DNA of 27,284 nt from an uncultured Deinococcaceae bacterium (lineage in GTDB: Bacteria; Deinococcota; Deinococci; Deinococcales; Deinococcaceae), in assembly GCA_964252075.1 (NCBI GenBank), contig CAXULY010000061.1, positions 1 through 27,284 of the forward strand, given 5' to 3'. This document shows positions 1 to 9,171 of the stretch, in pieces. The position numbers and the translations under genes are program-made. Numbering within the stretch: the first letter of the stretch is position 1; the number at the start of each line of letters is the position of its first letter. The notes under the pieces are model-generated. The model did not search any database and was not told where the DNA came from. It saw only the letters and a list, made by a program, of their open reading frames with translations.

Positions 1-267
1 GGCGTCATGGATGGGCGTAGGGTCCGTGCGGGCGCCGTCCTGCCACAGGCTGTGCGCGCCTGCCGCATCGCCCTGTGCGAGCGCGAGGCGCAGCGCGCCC
101 TTGTGCACCTCGCGCAGCAACGCGCCCCCCAGGGCGCCCACAGCGTACTGGGCGGCGTCCAGCACGAGACGCAGGACGTCGGCTTCGTGATGGGCGGCGG
201 CGAGGCGTTCCGTGACCGCCTGTAGCGCCTCACTCAGCGCGGGTTGCGCCGCCCACGGTTCGGTCAT
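1..267 (-). CDS. N-terminal part of a GAF-domain sensor protein (probably histidine kinase or diguanylate cyclase), running off the left edge
   Basis: Not in the ORF track. Hand translation from ATG 267: MTEPWAAQPALSEALQAVTERLAAAHHEADVLRLVLDAAQYAVGALGGALLREVHKGALRLALAQGDAAGAHSLWQDGARTDPTPIHDA, open to base 1. Resembles Deinococcus GAF N-termini. TATCCT (279-274) lies 6 nt upstream of the ATG. Confidence 0.75.
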   Translation of the reverse strand, partial: MTEPWAAQPALSEALQAVTERLAAAHHEADVLRLVLDAAQYAVGALGGALLREVHKGALRLALAQGDAAGAHSLWQDGARTDPTPIHDA

Positions 268-550
268 ATCAGGAGGATACTGCGGGTGGGGGTGCGCTTC
301 GGGGAGGTGATGTGCGCAAACGCTTCACGCCACGTGCGGTCGCTGCCCCGAACGTGCCCCTGCAGGCGGCGAGGCCGCGCGGGCTGTCCACGCGCTCTCA
401 CCAACAGCGGCGATTGGCCGTTGATCCGCAGATTGGCGGCAGATCTGGGCGAGTGACGAGGCGGCCCTGCGCGGCCTTCTCACGCCGCCCGGAACGCCCG
501 CATTTCATGGTCGGTCCGGACATCATCAGGTACCGTCACGTCACGCGCAG

Positions 551-1211
551 ATGAACCCATCCCGCCCTCTCCCTGACCCTCCTCGCGATCCTCTCCACCG
601 CGCACGCCGCCCGCACCATTGTGACCATTGCTGGCCAGAGCGTCATTTTGTACAGCGTCAGCGTGAACGGCCGCACCTACATTGACCGCCAGCAACTGCA
701 GGACGCCCTCGAAGCCACGGGCGGCGCCAACCCGCAGGCCAGCGTGACCGGTTGCCTGAACAAACCGCTCTTCAACGGCATCTGACGGCGGCGCGTCACC
801 AAGGTCTAGGCGATCGCCGACCCCACGAGCGTCACGCTGCCGGTGAACCATCTGTTGGCGCAGCTCAGCAACGGCATCACCAAAACGCTCGCGTCGGCGG
901 ACACGGGCGTCGTGTACAACAACGCCTACAACGTGTTCATGGGCAACGGCAACAGCCTGACGGCCGTCACATGGGTGGGTGTGGTTGGGGCACTCCAGGC
1001 CAAGACCACCGGGAGACTGCTGCAGGGAGGCGGCACCCGGCTGGCGTTTTTGTTTCGTCCCGACGATGGCCGCACGTGGGCGCAGCTCCAGGCGGACCTG
1101 CCGCAGAAGTGCCTGTTCGAAGTCCAGCTGGACCGGCTGGACCGCAGCCTGAAGGTGGGGTACACCGTGAAACACCCCAGCTTCCGCGTCACCCTCACCT
1201 GCACCAAGTGC
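551..1211 (+). pseudogene. Pseudogene of a secreted hypothetical protein
   Basis: ATG 551 is out of frame with a signal-peptide-like stretch (ALSLTLLAILSTAHA). That frame continues GGANPQASVTGCLNKPLFNGI*RRRVTKV*AIAD, with stops TGA 783-785 and TAG 807-809, and then into the 843 ORF up to PSFRVTLTCTK. Confidence 0.7.
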
Positions 1212-1559
1212 CGCACCACCGCGCGTGACGCCCCAGCGCCCTGCGACTGCGGCCGCGTATGGAGCAGCAATAGGGACGGCCCTGCATTGGCCCAAGGAGG
1301 TGCGTCCTCAAGTACCGCCCCCGCCCTCGGGCGGACCAACGTCCCTGATGTGGCGAAGTCCACGGTCGCGCGCCACCGGCCGCGCCGTGGCGCCGGGGCA
1401 CTGCCGTTCGCCCGCCAGGCTGGCCGTCACGAAAGCAGCCATGGAAGGAACGCGTTGAGTGGGGGCGAAATACAGCCGGCGACCCTTCGCGCATGGCCGT
1501 GTGGACAGACCTGACGGCTCGGCAGCCCAGGGCCGCGTCCAGTCAGCCGGGGCGCTAAG

Positions 1560-2015
1560 TCATGACTGTACTCCGTCCCAGCCGAGTGCCTCAGCCGTCT
1601 GCTCAAGTTGGCGCCGGAAGTCGGGAAGGGTCATGCCCAGGATGTCCGCGCCGCGGTCCATGGTGATCTGGTCGGACCACGCGGCCGCGAGGGTCGTGAA
1701 CGTGAGGTCCCGGCGGATGGTCGAGTCCATCGCGTCAAGTTCCCGCCGCCGCTTCTCGCGCCGCGCGTTCAGTTCGTCTGCCGCCGACCACTGCCTGCCT
1801 CCGGTGAGACGCGTCCAGGTGCCCTCGTCAATGCGGTGCGCGAGGTCGTCCCGGTCGTGGAAGATCACGCTGCGGTAATGGCTCGCGAGGACCAGCGCGC
1901 CGTCCTGAAAGGCCAGGACGCGGAGCCCGCCGTCTGCTGTGCGCTCCATCTTGATGGGAGTGTCGCCGTAGAGCCAGAACTGGGGGTAGGGGCGGGCGGA
2001 CTCGTCCACCATCAC
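1560..2015 (-). CDS. Hypothetical protein (151 aa) with a C-terminal UPF0175-like HTH motif
   Basis: Coding-like composition. C-terminal ITMDRGADILGMTLPDFRRQL resembles the UPF0175/HTH pattern. The start overlaps the upstream stop (GTGA). Confidence 0.7.
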   Translation of the reverse strand: MMVDESARPYPQFWLYGDTPIKMERTADGGLRVLAFQDGALVLASHYRSVIFHDRDDLAHRIDEGTWTRLTGGRQWSAADELNARREKRRRELDAMDSTIRRDLTFTTLAAAWSDQITMDRGADILGMTLPDFRRQLEQTAEALGWDGVQS

Positions 2016-2182
2016 CCGCTCCGCTGCCAGGCGAGGGGGTCGAAGTGCTCCTGCCAGGGGCTCAGAGGTGCGCCTCGCTTCAGGCTGTGGACCTCCACTC
2101 CGAGGGGGCGGGCGGGTGCGACCTCGGTAAGCCCCCTGGCGTGGACCACTTGTTGCGCGGCGTCTCGGATGTGCTCATTCAC
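2012..2182 (-). pseudogene. Small, probably degenerate XRE/Cro-like HTH gene
   Basis: GTG 2182 gives VNEHIRDAAQQVVHARGLTEVAPARPLGVEV...PWQEHFDPL. This resembles small Deinococcus XRE proteins, but prolines fall in the HTH helix. GAAAGG lies upstream. Confidence 0.4.
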
Positions 2183-3186
2183 AGTTTGAGTGGACCTTTC
2201 CGTCCGCAGGGTACACCCTGGTGCGGTACGTCCACACCAAAATGGTGGAGAGCGGTTTTGGGCATATGAGCGGCTCCTGCGCAGGATTCGTCCCAACAGC
2301 TCTACATCTCGCGATTCGAAAGACCAACTGAAGACCGCAAGCGGTCCCCCGCGGATCAGACGGCGGCTCCACGAGGTCCACCAGGACGCGAGGAAGTGCC
2401 CAATAAAGGGAACCGGACATGCGACTCGGCCCCCTCACGGCGACGCTAGACGATCAGGCTCTCCGTTCGGTCGTGACCGATGGATACGGTGATCCCTGGA
2501 CAGGCAGGCCACTGGTCGGCGCTTCACGCGATCTCTGCATGGTCTGCAGTTCGAATTGGGTGTGGGGTCGCCCCGCGCGCACCGCACACCCCATCACCTG
2601 AACGTGCGCTCGGGCAAAACGACCTGCCATTCCTCCAACCGCTGGGCCGCCACGCCGCTTGGTGTTTTAAAACGCAGCGGACGCCAGAAGTGTTTGAAAC
2701 GGCCGTGTCCGAATAAACCGGTGCCCATGTGACGCGTGTCGTCGCGAAAGGCTCGCGGTCGGTGCCGTACCGTCAAACAATAGGCACGCGGCAGATCAAT
2801 GCCCTGCGGGAAGAACGCCGAGCCTGCCGCGGAAGCAGGACGTCGCTCCGCGGCCGGAGGTGCCCGGCACGAACGTCCACACGGCCGACGTGGATTCCCT
2901 GCTGCCATACCAGACACCGCACACCCTACGGTCCCAACGGTCAGGCACCGTGGCCGCCCATTCGAATCCGGAGGTGTCCAGCCCGCGCGTGGGCTGTGCT
3001 GGCGTCGCCACGCCAAGCTCAAACATGCAGTTGGCGGAAAGGCTGAGCGCGGTCCGCTGGGTGGACTGGCGTCGGCACTGCTCCAATCGCGCCACTCTCT
3101 ACGGTAAAAGCTCGCTCGCGCCCCTCACCCAGACGCCCGCCCAGCGCGGATGGCGTAGTGGGGAGAGGCCGAGTCCGCCTCCCCCT

Positions 3187-3852
3187 TCACGCGTCCGAGG
3201 CGCCGCCTTCAAGGGGCGTGAGGTCGAAGTGCGCGAGGTACCGCCCACCGCCCCGCTTGCCGAGGTACCGCTCCCAGAGCGCCCACTGCTCGCGCTGCAG
3301 GGCCTTGGCGTCCTCATGGTCCAGTTCCAGCACCGTCCACGCCCGCCCCGCCGCCGGCGCGTCGGCGTCCCACAATGATAGGGTCCGCACGCCATCCGGC
3401 GAGAAGTACGCGGCCACCTCGCCATGCTCGTGCCGCCCCACCAGGTACCCCAGGGCACCCCCCGGCGCGTCCTGCAGGGCCCACGCGAAGGACCGCGCGA
3501 AGCGCTCCGCGTGTGGCCGGGCGGTCGCGAGCAGCAGGGCGTCCAGCGTCTGGGCGCTGGACGCCGCGAATGGCACGAAGAAGCGCTCGGCCGCCGCGCG
3601 GTAGCGCCGCACCGCCCGCCCCCCGCGCGCCTCGACCGCCGCGACATCCAGCAGGCCCAGCGCCGAGAGGCGCCGCACCTGGTACAGCAGTGAATTGGGC
3701 TTCACGCCGAGTTCCGCCGCCGCTTCCCCCACGGTGAGGGCGCGGCCGAAGAACGGCGCGAGGAACCGCCGCTTGCGCGCGTCGAGCAGCGTGTCCGCGA
3801 CCGCCGCGTTCATGACGGTCGGCCAGGCGACATGTGAAATCGCGTCGTTCAT
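3187..3852 (-). CDS. ArsR-like winged-helix transcriptional regulator (221 aa)
   Basis: LTVGEAAAELGVKPNSLLYQVRRLSALGLL...RRYRA wHTH. Start ATG 3852 is supported by TAAGCT 7 nt upstream. The longer ORF to 4386 overlaps the dipeptidase. Confidence 0.85.
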   Translation of the reverse strand: MNDAISHVAWPTVMNAAVADTLLDARKRRFLAPFFGRALTVGEAAAELGVKPNSLLYQVRRLSALGLLDVAAVEARGGRAVRRYRAAAERFFVPFAASSAQTLDALLLATARPHAERFARSFAWALQDAPGGALGYLVGRHEHGEVAAYFSPDGVRTLSLWDADAPAAGRAWTVLELDHEDAKALQREQWALWERYLGKRGGGRYLAHFDLTPLEGGASDA

Positions 3853-3882
3853 TTCACGCAGCTTAAGGGCAAGCTGAACCGC
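3853..3882. promoter_or_regulatory. 30-bp divergent promoter region with inverted repeat CAGCTT-N6-AAGCTG
   Basis: IR at 3859-3876. Its arms overlap -10-like hexamers TAAGCT (minus strand) and CAAGCT (plus strand), each 7 nt from an ATG. Confidence 0.55.
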
Positions 3883-4935
3883 ATGACGCCCCTCATGCCT
3901 GTGTTCGACGGCCACAACGACACCGTGCAGCACCTCCGCGAGTACCGCGCGGGCGGCCGTGACTTCCTGCGCCGCTCCCCGGAGGGGCACCTGGACCTCC
4001 CGCGGGCGCGCGAGGGCGGCATGTTCGGCGGGCTGTTCGCCCTCATGGCACAGCCGGCCGCACCGCCCAAGGATGACCTCACGCTCACCCCGGACGGGTA
4101 CGAGGTGCGCCTCGCCGACCCCCTCGACCTCACCGACGCGCGGCGCCAGGTCCTCGCACAGCTGCACGCCCTGCAGGCGCTCGCCGCGCGCTCCGCGGGC
4201 GAAGTGCGCGTGGCGCGCACAGTGCAGGAGGTCAACGCGTGCCGCCAGGAGGGGGCTTTCGCGGTGGTGCTGCACCTTGAGGGGGCCGACGCGCTCGACC
4301 CGGAGTTCGCGCTCCTCGACGATCTGTACGCGGCGGGCCTGCGCTCGCTGGGGCTGGTGTGGAGTCGCCCGAACCGCTTCGGGCACGGCGTGCCCTTCGC
4401 GTACCCCCGCTCACCCGACACCGGCCCTGGCCTCACGGACGAGGGGTTGGCGCTGGTGCGGCACTGCAACGCGCTCGGCGTGATGGTGGACGTGTCGCAC
4501 CTGAACGAGCGGGGCTTCTGGGACGTGGCGCGGCATTCGGCCGCGCCACTGGTCGCGACGCACTCCAACGCGCACGCGATATGCCCGTCGACGCGCAACC
4601 TCACGGACGCGCAACTGGCCGCCGTGCGGGCGTCCGGCGGGGTGGTGGGCTTCAACCTCGCGGTGAACGACGTGCGCCCCGACGCGCACCTCGACCCGGA
4701 CACGGACCTGGACGTGCTGGTGCGCCACCTGGAGTACCTGATGACCCGCCTGGGGCCGGAAGGCGTGGCGTTCGGGTCGGATTTCGATGGGGCCGTCATG
4801 CCGAACGCGGTGCCGGACGCGAGCGGGTGGCCGCGGCTGCTGGGGGCGCTCGCGCGGCACGGCCATGACGAAGCGACCCTGCGTGGCCTGGCCTTCGAGA
4901 ACTGGCGGCGCGTGCTGAAGCAGACCTGGCGCTGA
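3883..4935 (+). CDS. Membrane/renal dipeptidase family protein (peptidase M19)
   Basis: Motifs FDGHND, HLEGAD, VDVSHLN, THSNA and GSDFDG; 350 aa. Confidence 0.95.
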   Translation: MTPLMPVFDGHNDTVQHLREYRAGGRDFLRRSPEGHLDLPRAREGGMFGGLFALMAQPAAPPKDDLTLTPDGYEVRLADPLDLTDARRQVLAQLHALQALAARSAGEVRVARTVQEVNACRQEGAFAVVLHLEGADALDPEFALLDDLYAAGLRSLGLVWSRPNRFGHGVPFAYPRSPDTGPGLTDEGLALVRHCNALGVMVDVSHLNERGFWDVARHSAAPLVATHSNAHAICPSTRNLTDAQLAAVRASGGVVGFNLAVNDVRPDAHLDPDTDLDVLVRHLEYLMTRLGPEGVAFGSDFDGAVMPNAVPDASGWPRLLGALARHGHDEATLRGLAFENWRRVLKQTWR

Positions 4936-4986
4936 CGTGCGGTGGCCGGGAGGTCTACAGTCCGTCATCACGCCCCGGCCCTCGCC

Positions 4987-5613
4987 TCAGGAAGCGGTGC
5001 AGGCCGGGACCGCTGGAGGGCGCTGCCGGTCCACCTGGAAGGGCCAACTGAAGGCCGTCGGTGTATCTCCGGCGGATACGCCGCGCTGGCACTCGTGTGG
5101 TGCCATCACGCACGGGTTCGCATTGGTGCCCTGACCATTGATGTGGTTCTTCAGGTCGTCGGTGCTCAGCACTTGGGATTTCGGTGGCGCTGCAGGACGC
5201 CGGTCCGGCAGCTCGGGCAATTCCAGCTGAACCATGGGGTCGATGCCTCCACCGCTCGCCACCAGTCGGATTCGGTTCACCACGAATTCCCTTCCGAGCA
5301 CCGGGCGCCCACGGGCCAGACGGGGCTGCGCGAGGGCTTGACCGCAGCGCACGCAGAAGCGCGCGTATGGCGAGCCGATGGGCGCGCCACACCCCGGACA
5401 GGCGCTCAGCAGTCCGTGTCCGTCATTGGCGCAGTCCCGCTCCTGGGAGGTGAAGGGCACCGCGCGGAAGCAGCACGGGCACAGACGGTACCGCACCCCT
5501 TCGGGCGGCGTGTCCGCGGGGCGGGCCCAGGGTGCGTGGTGCGCTGCGCCAGCCCCAAAGCCACTGGTCACAGGGTGCGCCGTTGCGCCCAGATGGGCGC
5601 TGGACGCGCGCAT
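4987..5613 (-). CDS. Double zinc ribbon protein (core about 5330-5496; both ends uncertain)
   Basis: YRLCPCC...RDCANDG...SACPGC...RFCVRCG Cys clusters. Candidate starts are ATG 5613, GTG 5571 and GTG 5496. The C-terminal tail may be read-through. Confidence 0.65.
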   Translation of the reverse strand: MRASSAHLGATAHPVTSGFGAGAAHHAPWARPADTPPEGVRYRLCPCCFRAVPFTSQERDCANDGHGLLSACPGCGAPIGSPYARFCVRCGQALAQPRLARGRPVLGREFVVNRIRLVASGGGIDPMVQLELPELPDRRPAAPPKSQVLSTDDLKNHINGQGTNANPCVMAPHECQRGVSAGDTPTAFSWPFQVDRQRPPAVPACTAS

Positions 5614-5689
5614 GCTGAAGGCCGGACCTCCTCCACGAAAAAGCCATGCCTGTTCCTTTCCGGGCAGCGGCGTGATGGGCGCTGCCCCG

Positions 5690-5745
5690 GGCGACCTGCA
5701 GGTCGCCTGCACGCAGCTTCCCGGACTGCGGGTCACACGGGGTCA
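5690..5745. promoter_or_regulatory. Candidate regulatory sites: 18-bp perfect palindrome and GGGTCA direct repeat with a 10-bp period
   Basis: GGCGACCTGCAGGTCGCC at 5690-5707; GGGTCA at 5730-5735 and 5740-5745; located between divergent genes. Confidence 0.4.
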
Positions 5746-5813
5746 AAGGTTCGGGGCGGTGCATTGTCAGCGCCGGGCGTGGCGGGTACGCTGGCCGTGA
5801 AGGAGGTCACGGC

Positions 5814-8800
5814 GTGCGTCAGCAGGTCCTGGGGCAGGTGCAGCGCGGACTGGCGGCCGTGATCTCGCGGCGCGTGGGGGTGGCGTTGGGCCTGTGGGGC
5901 GAGGCGGGCATCGGCAAGACCCACGAGGCGAACGCGTTGCTGCGCGTCGTCCCATGCGCCAGCGTGACGCTGCACGCCACAATTCCACTTTCGGCCCTGC
6001 CGTCGGTGGTGCCGCTGCCCCGGCGCGACGCGGCCGGCGTGGAGCGCCGCCTCGCCCCACTGGCGACCGGCGCGGCGCTCGACCCAGCCGCGCAGGTGAG
6101 CCTGCTGGGCGGCCTCTTCACGGCGCTCGCGCCGGTGGTTGTGCTGCTGGAGGACCTGCATGAAGCGAGCGACGAGCGACGAGCGCTGCTCGTGGCGCTC
6201 GCCGGGGTGGTGCGGCGCTCGCCCGGGGTGGCCCTTCTGGTCACCAGCCGGGCGGCGCTGCCCGCACCCATCCAGGGTCACCGACTGCCGGCCCTGGACG
6301 TCCAGCGCACCGAGGCGCTGCTGCACAGCGAGCTGGGCCGCGCGCTGCCTGACGAGGCGCTCGCGTGGATTCAGGGCCGCACGAAGGGCAACCCGCTGTT
6401 CGCCCTGGAGTTCGCGCGGTACCTCAGCCGCCAGGGTCACCTGTGGAGTGACGGGCAGCGCTGGCACTGGCGCCCACCGGAGCGCCCCTTCCTGCCCGTG
6501 ACCGTCGAAGCCTTGATTGAGCGGGTGATTGCCGACCTGCCGCCGCAGGGGAATGAGCGCGTGGCGCTGGAGGCGCTCGCCGCGCTGCCCGCGCGGCTCG
6601 ACGCGGCGCAGTTGGAGGGCGTATGGGCGGTCACGGCGGACCTCCCCGCCGCCACCCTGACCGCCGCCCGCCGCGCGCTGGAGGCGCGCGGCCTGCTGTC
6701 CGGCCTGGAGTTGGCCCACCCGCTGTTCGGTGAGGTGGTGGCGCGCGGCCTGCCGGCCGAGCGACGCCGGATGTTCGCGCGGCGGGCGCTGAAGGCCCTG
6801 CTGCCCACCGCGCCGCTGCTCGCCGCCGACCTGCTGAACGACGCCGATCTCCCCGCGCAGGACGTCATGGCGGTGTTGACGCGGGCGGCCGAGCTGGCGC
6901 GGCCCACCTCGGCGGGCCGCTGGTTGCGCCGCGCGGCAGAACTGGCCAGCGGCGCGGAGCGCGTGCGGTTGGCGCTCAGGGCCATTGAGGCGCTGAACGC
7001 CGCCGGTGACGAGGCGGGCACCGCGGCGCTGGCCCGACTGGCGCTGGCGGAGCAACCGGACCACCGCCAGCTGCAGTACGAACTGGCGCGCGCGCTGGCG
7101 GTGCTGGGACACGCCGAGGAGGTGCGGCGCCTCCTGTCTGAACTGCCGACCGAGGAGCAGCGAGAGCTCCGCTGGGTGGTGACGTTGTTCCGGGCGCAGG
7201 TGCAGGCCACCACCGACAGCGCCGAAGCCACGCGCCTGTGGGACGCCCACCCGGAGCTCGTGCTCAGCCAGGAGGGCCTCACGCTGGCCGTGAATCACTT
7301 CGCGAACGCCGGTGACCTGACGCGCGCCGAAGCGCTCATTCCCATCGGGCTGGCGCTGCCCGACCTGCAACCCAAGTTCCGCCTGACCCTGCTCCTCCTG
7401 CAGGCGCTCATCCGGTCGGCGCGCGGGCACCTGCAGGAGGCCCTGCCCGCGCTGCAAGACTGCCTGGTGCTCGCGCGCGAGGAGGGCAACCCACACCGGC
7501 TGGCGGGCGTGCTGCACAACTACGCCCTCACCCTGTCACGGCTGGGCCGCCACCACGAGGCGCTGGCCAGCCTGCAGGAGAAGCTGGACCTCTACCGGGA
7601 TGCTGGCATGCTCCAGTACGGTGCGGACACCCACACCGTGATCGGCCTGCTCCTCATTCGCCTGGGCCGCTTTGAGGACGCCGAGGCGCACCTGCTGGAA
7701 GCGCACGGCATGCTGGGGCCGTTCGGGCTGACGCACACCCTCGTCAGCGCCGAGTGGGTCCTGGCGGCGCTGTACCTCGAGTGGCGCACGCCGCACAGCG
7801 CGGCGCTGGCCGAGAAGTTCGCGGCCAGCGCCGTGCAACACGCCCGCGCGCTGAACAACCCGCTGTGCCTGCTGGGCGCCCTGCCGGTGGCGGTGCAGGT
7901 GGCGGCGCTGAAGGGCCGCCCGGAGGAGGCGCTCGCACTGGCGCGGGAAGCCGAGGCGCTCGGCGCGGACGCCTTCGAGGACCGCCACGCGGTGTGCCTC
8001 GCCGTCGGGCGGGCCCTGGAGGCGGCGGGGCGGCGGGCCGAAGCGCTGGCGCACTGGGAAGGTGGGGTGCGCACCGCACACACGCCTGAGCATCAGCATG
8101 AACTGGCGCTGGAGCACGCCCGCATGACGGGCGACGAGCGGCAGCTCCTCACCCTGCATCAGTGGTTCACGTCCGCGGGCCTGCTGGGCCTGAGCCGCCG
8201 CGCCGAATGGTACCGGTCCACCCTGGATGCGCCCGCCCCGGACGCCACACCCGCGCCCACCGCCCACCTCGTCGTCCTCGGACCGCCCGCCGTCTCGATG
8301 GCGGGGCAGGCCGTGAAGTACCGTGGTCGCAAGCGCCTGGAGCTGCTGGCGTTCCTGCTGGAGGTGCGCATCAGTGGGCGCCGCGAGGCCACCGTGCTCG
8401 ACCTGCTGGACGCCCTGTACCCCGACGAGCCAGAAATCGAAGCGCGGAACACCGTCAAACAGCAGGTGTACCTGATCCGCACCGCCCTGGGTGCGGGGAG
8501 CGTCCTGAGTACGCCCGGCGGCTACGCCCTGGGTGCCGTGACGAGCGACGCGGAGGACTTCCTGGCGGGTGGAGCGACCGAGCAGTGGCGCGGCCCCTAC
8601 CTGGGAAGCGGTCTGCCCGGCTGGCTGCCGGGCGTCCGTGACGCCCTCACGCAGGCGCTGCGGGGCCGCATCCTCGCCCTGCGGGACCGCGAGCCCAGCG
8701 AAGCCGCGCGCCTGGCGCTGCTGCTGTGCGAGATGGAGCCCTACGATGCGGACGCCCTGCGGCTGACCCTGACGGTGCTGACGGCGGCCGGTCAGGCGCA

Positions 8801-8903
8801 TACGGCGCAGGCGCTGTACCGAACGCGGCGAACGGCCCTCCAGGAGGTGGGCGAGCGGTTGCCCGAGTCGCCCCACGCCTTTCTGAAGGGCACACCGGTC
8901 TGA
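5814..8903 (+). CDS. Large P-loop (AAA/STAND-like) ATPase with TPR repeats and a C-terminal OmpR-type wHTH plus BTAD-like region; transcriptional regulator
   Basis: Walker A GEAGIGKT (5898-5921), Walker B VVLLEDLH, TKGNPLFALE motif, TPR-like LHNYALTLSRLGRHHEALA. C-terminal LVVLGPPAV...LLDALYPD...VYLIRTALG, DAEDF and WRGPYL. RBS AAGGAGG lies 7 nt before the GTG. Confidence 0.9.
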   Translation: MRQQVLGQVQRGLAAVISRRVGVALGLWGEAGIGKTHEANALLRVVPCASVTLHATIPLSALPSVVPLPRRDAAGVERRLAPLATGAALDPAAQVSLLGGLFTALAPVVVLLEDLHEASDERRALLVALAGVVRRSPGVALLVTSRAALPAPIQGHRLPALDVQRTEALLHSELGRALPDEALAWIQGRTKGNPLFALEFARYLSRQGHLWSDGQRWHWRPPERPFLPVTVEALIERVIADLPPQGNERVALEALAALPARLDAAQLEGVWAVTADLPAATLTAARRALEARGLLSGLELAHPLFGEVVARGLPAERRRMFARRALKALLPTAPLLAADLLNDADLPAQDVMAVLTRAAELARPTSAGRWLRRAAELASGAERVRLALRAIEALNAAGDEAGTAALARLALAEQPDHRQLQYELARALAVLGHAEEVRRLLSELPTEEQRELRWVVTLFRAQVQATTDSAEATRLWDAHPELVLSQEGLTLAVNHFANAGDLTRAEALIPIGLALPDLQPKFRLTLLLLQALIRSARGHLQEALPALQDCLVLAREEGNPHRLAGVLHNYALTLSRLGRHHEALASLQEKLDLYRDAGMLQYGADTHTVIGLLLIRLGRFEDAEAHLLEAHGMLGPFGLTHTLVSAEWVLAALYLEWRTPHSAALAEKFAASAVQHARALNNPLCLLGALPVAVQVAALKGRPEEALALAREAEALGADAFEDRHAVCLAVGRALEAAGRRAEALAHWEGGVRTAHTPEHQHELALEHARMTGDERQLLTLHQWFTSAGLLGLSRRAEWYRSTLDAPAPDATPAPTAHLVVLGPPAVSMAGQAVKYRGRKRLELLAFLLEVRISGRREATVLDLLDALYPDEPEIEARNTVKQQVYLIRTALGAGSVLSTPGGYALGAVTSDAEDFLAGGATEQWRGPYLGSGLPGWLPGVRDALTQALRGRILALRDREPSEAARLALLLCEMEPYDADALRLTLTVLTAAGQAHTAQALYRTRRTALQEVGERLPESPHAFLKGTPV

Positions 8904-9171
8904 CGTGACCCGGTCGAACATGAGCGGCGCGCGGCTGACCCGCCCAGGCTGCACCGTCTGGCGCCTTCGCGCCTGCTCCAGTGGAACACGCTGCACCGGC
9001 TCGGCCGACGTCCGTTCGCCGGGTGGCGCGCATAATCACTTAAGGTTCGCGCCCCCGTGGCGCTCAGTCTGGACGTTGACGCGCAGGTCAGGTCGCGCTG
9101 CGCGGAGCGTCGTTTTGACCTGCTGCGGCATTGGGCTCTTGGTGGGGACCGTCTGCGACCCGACAGTATCG

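Noticed and set aside
7..225. 72-aa plus-strand ORF
   Set aside because: Antisense shadow of the minus-strand GAF gene.
3853..4386. N-terminal extension of the 399-aa minus ORF
   Set aside because: Antisense to the dipeptidase; the supported start is 3852.
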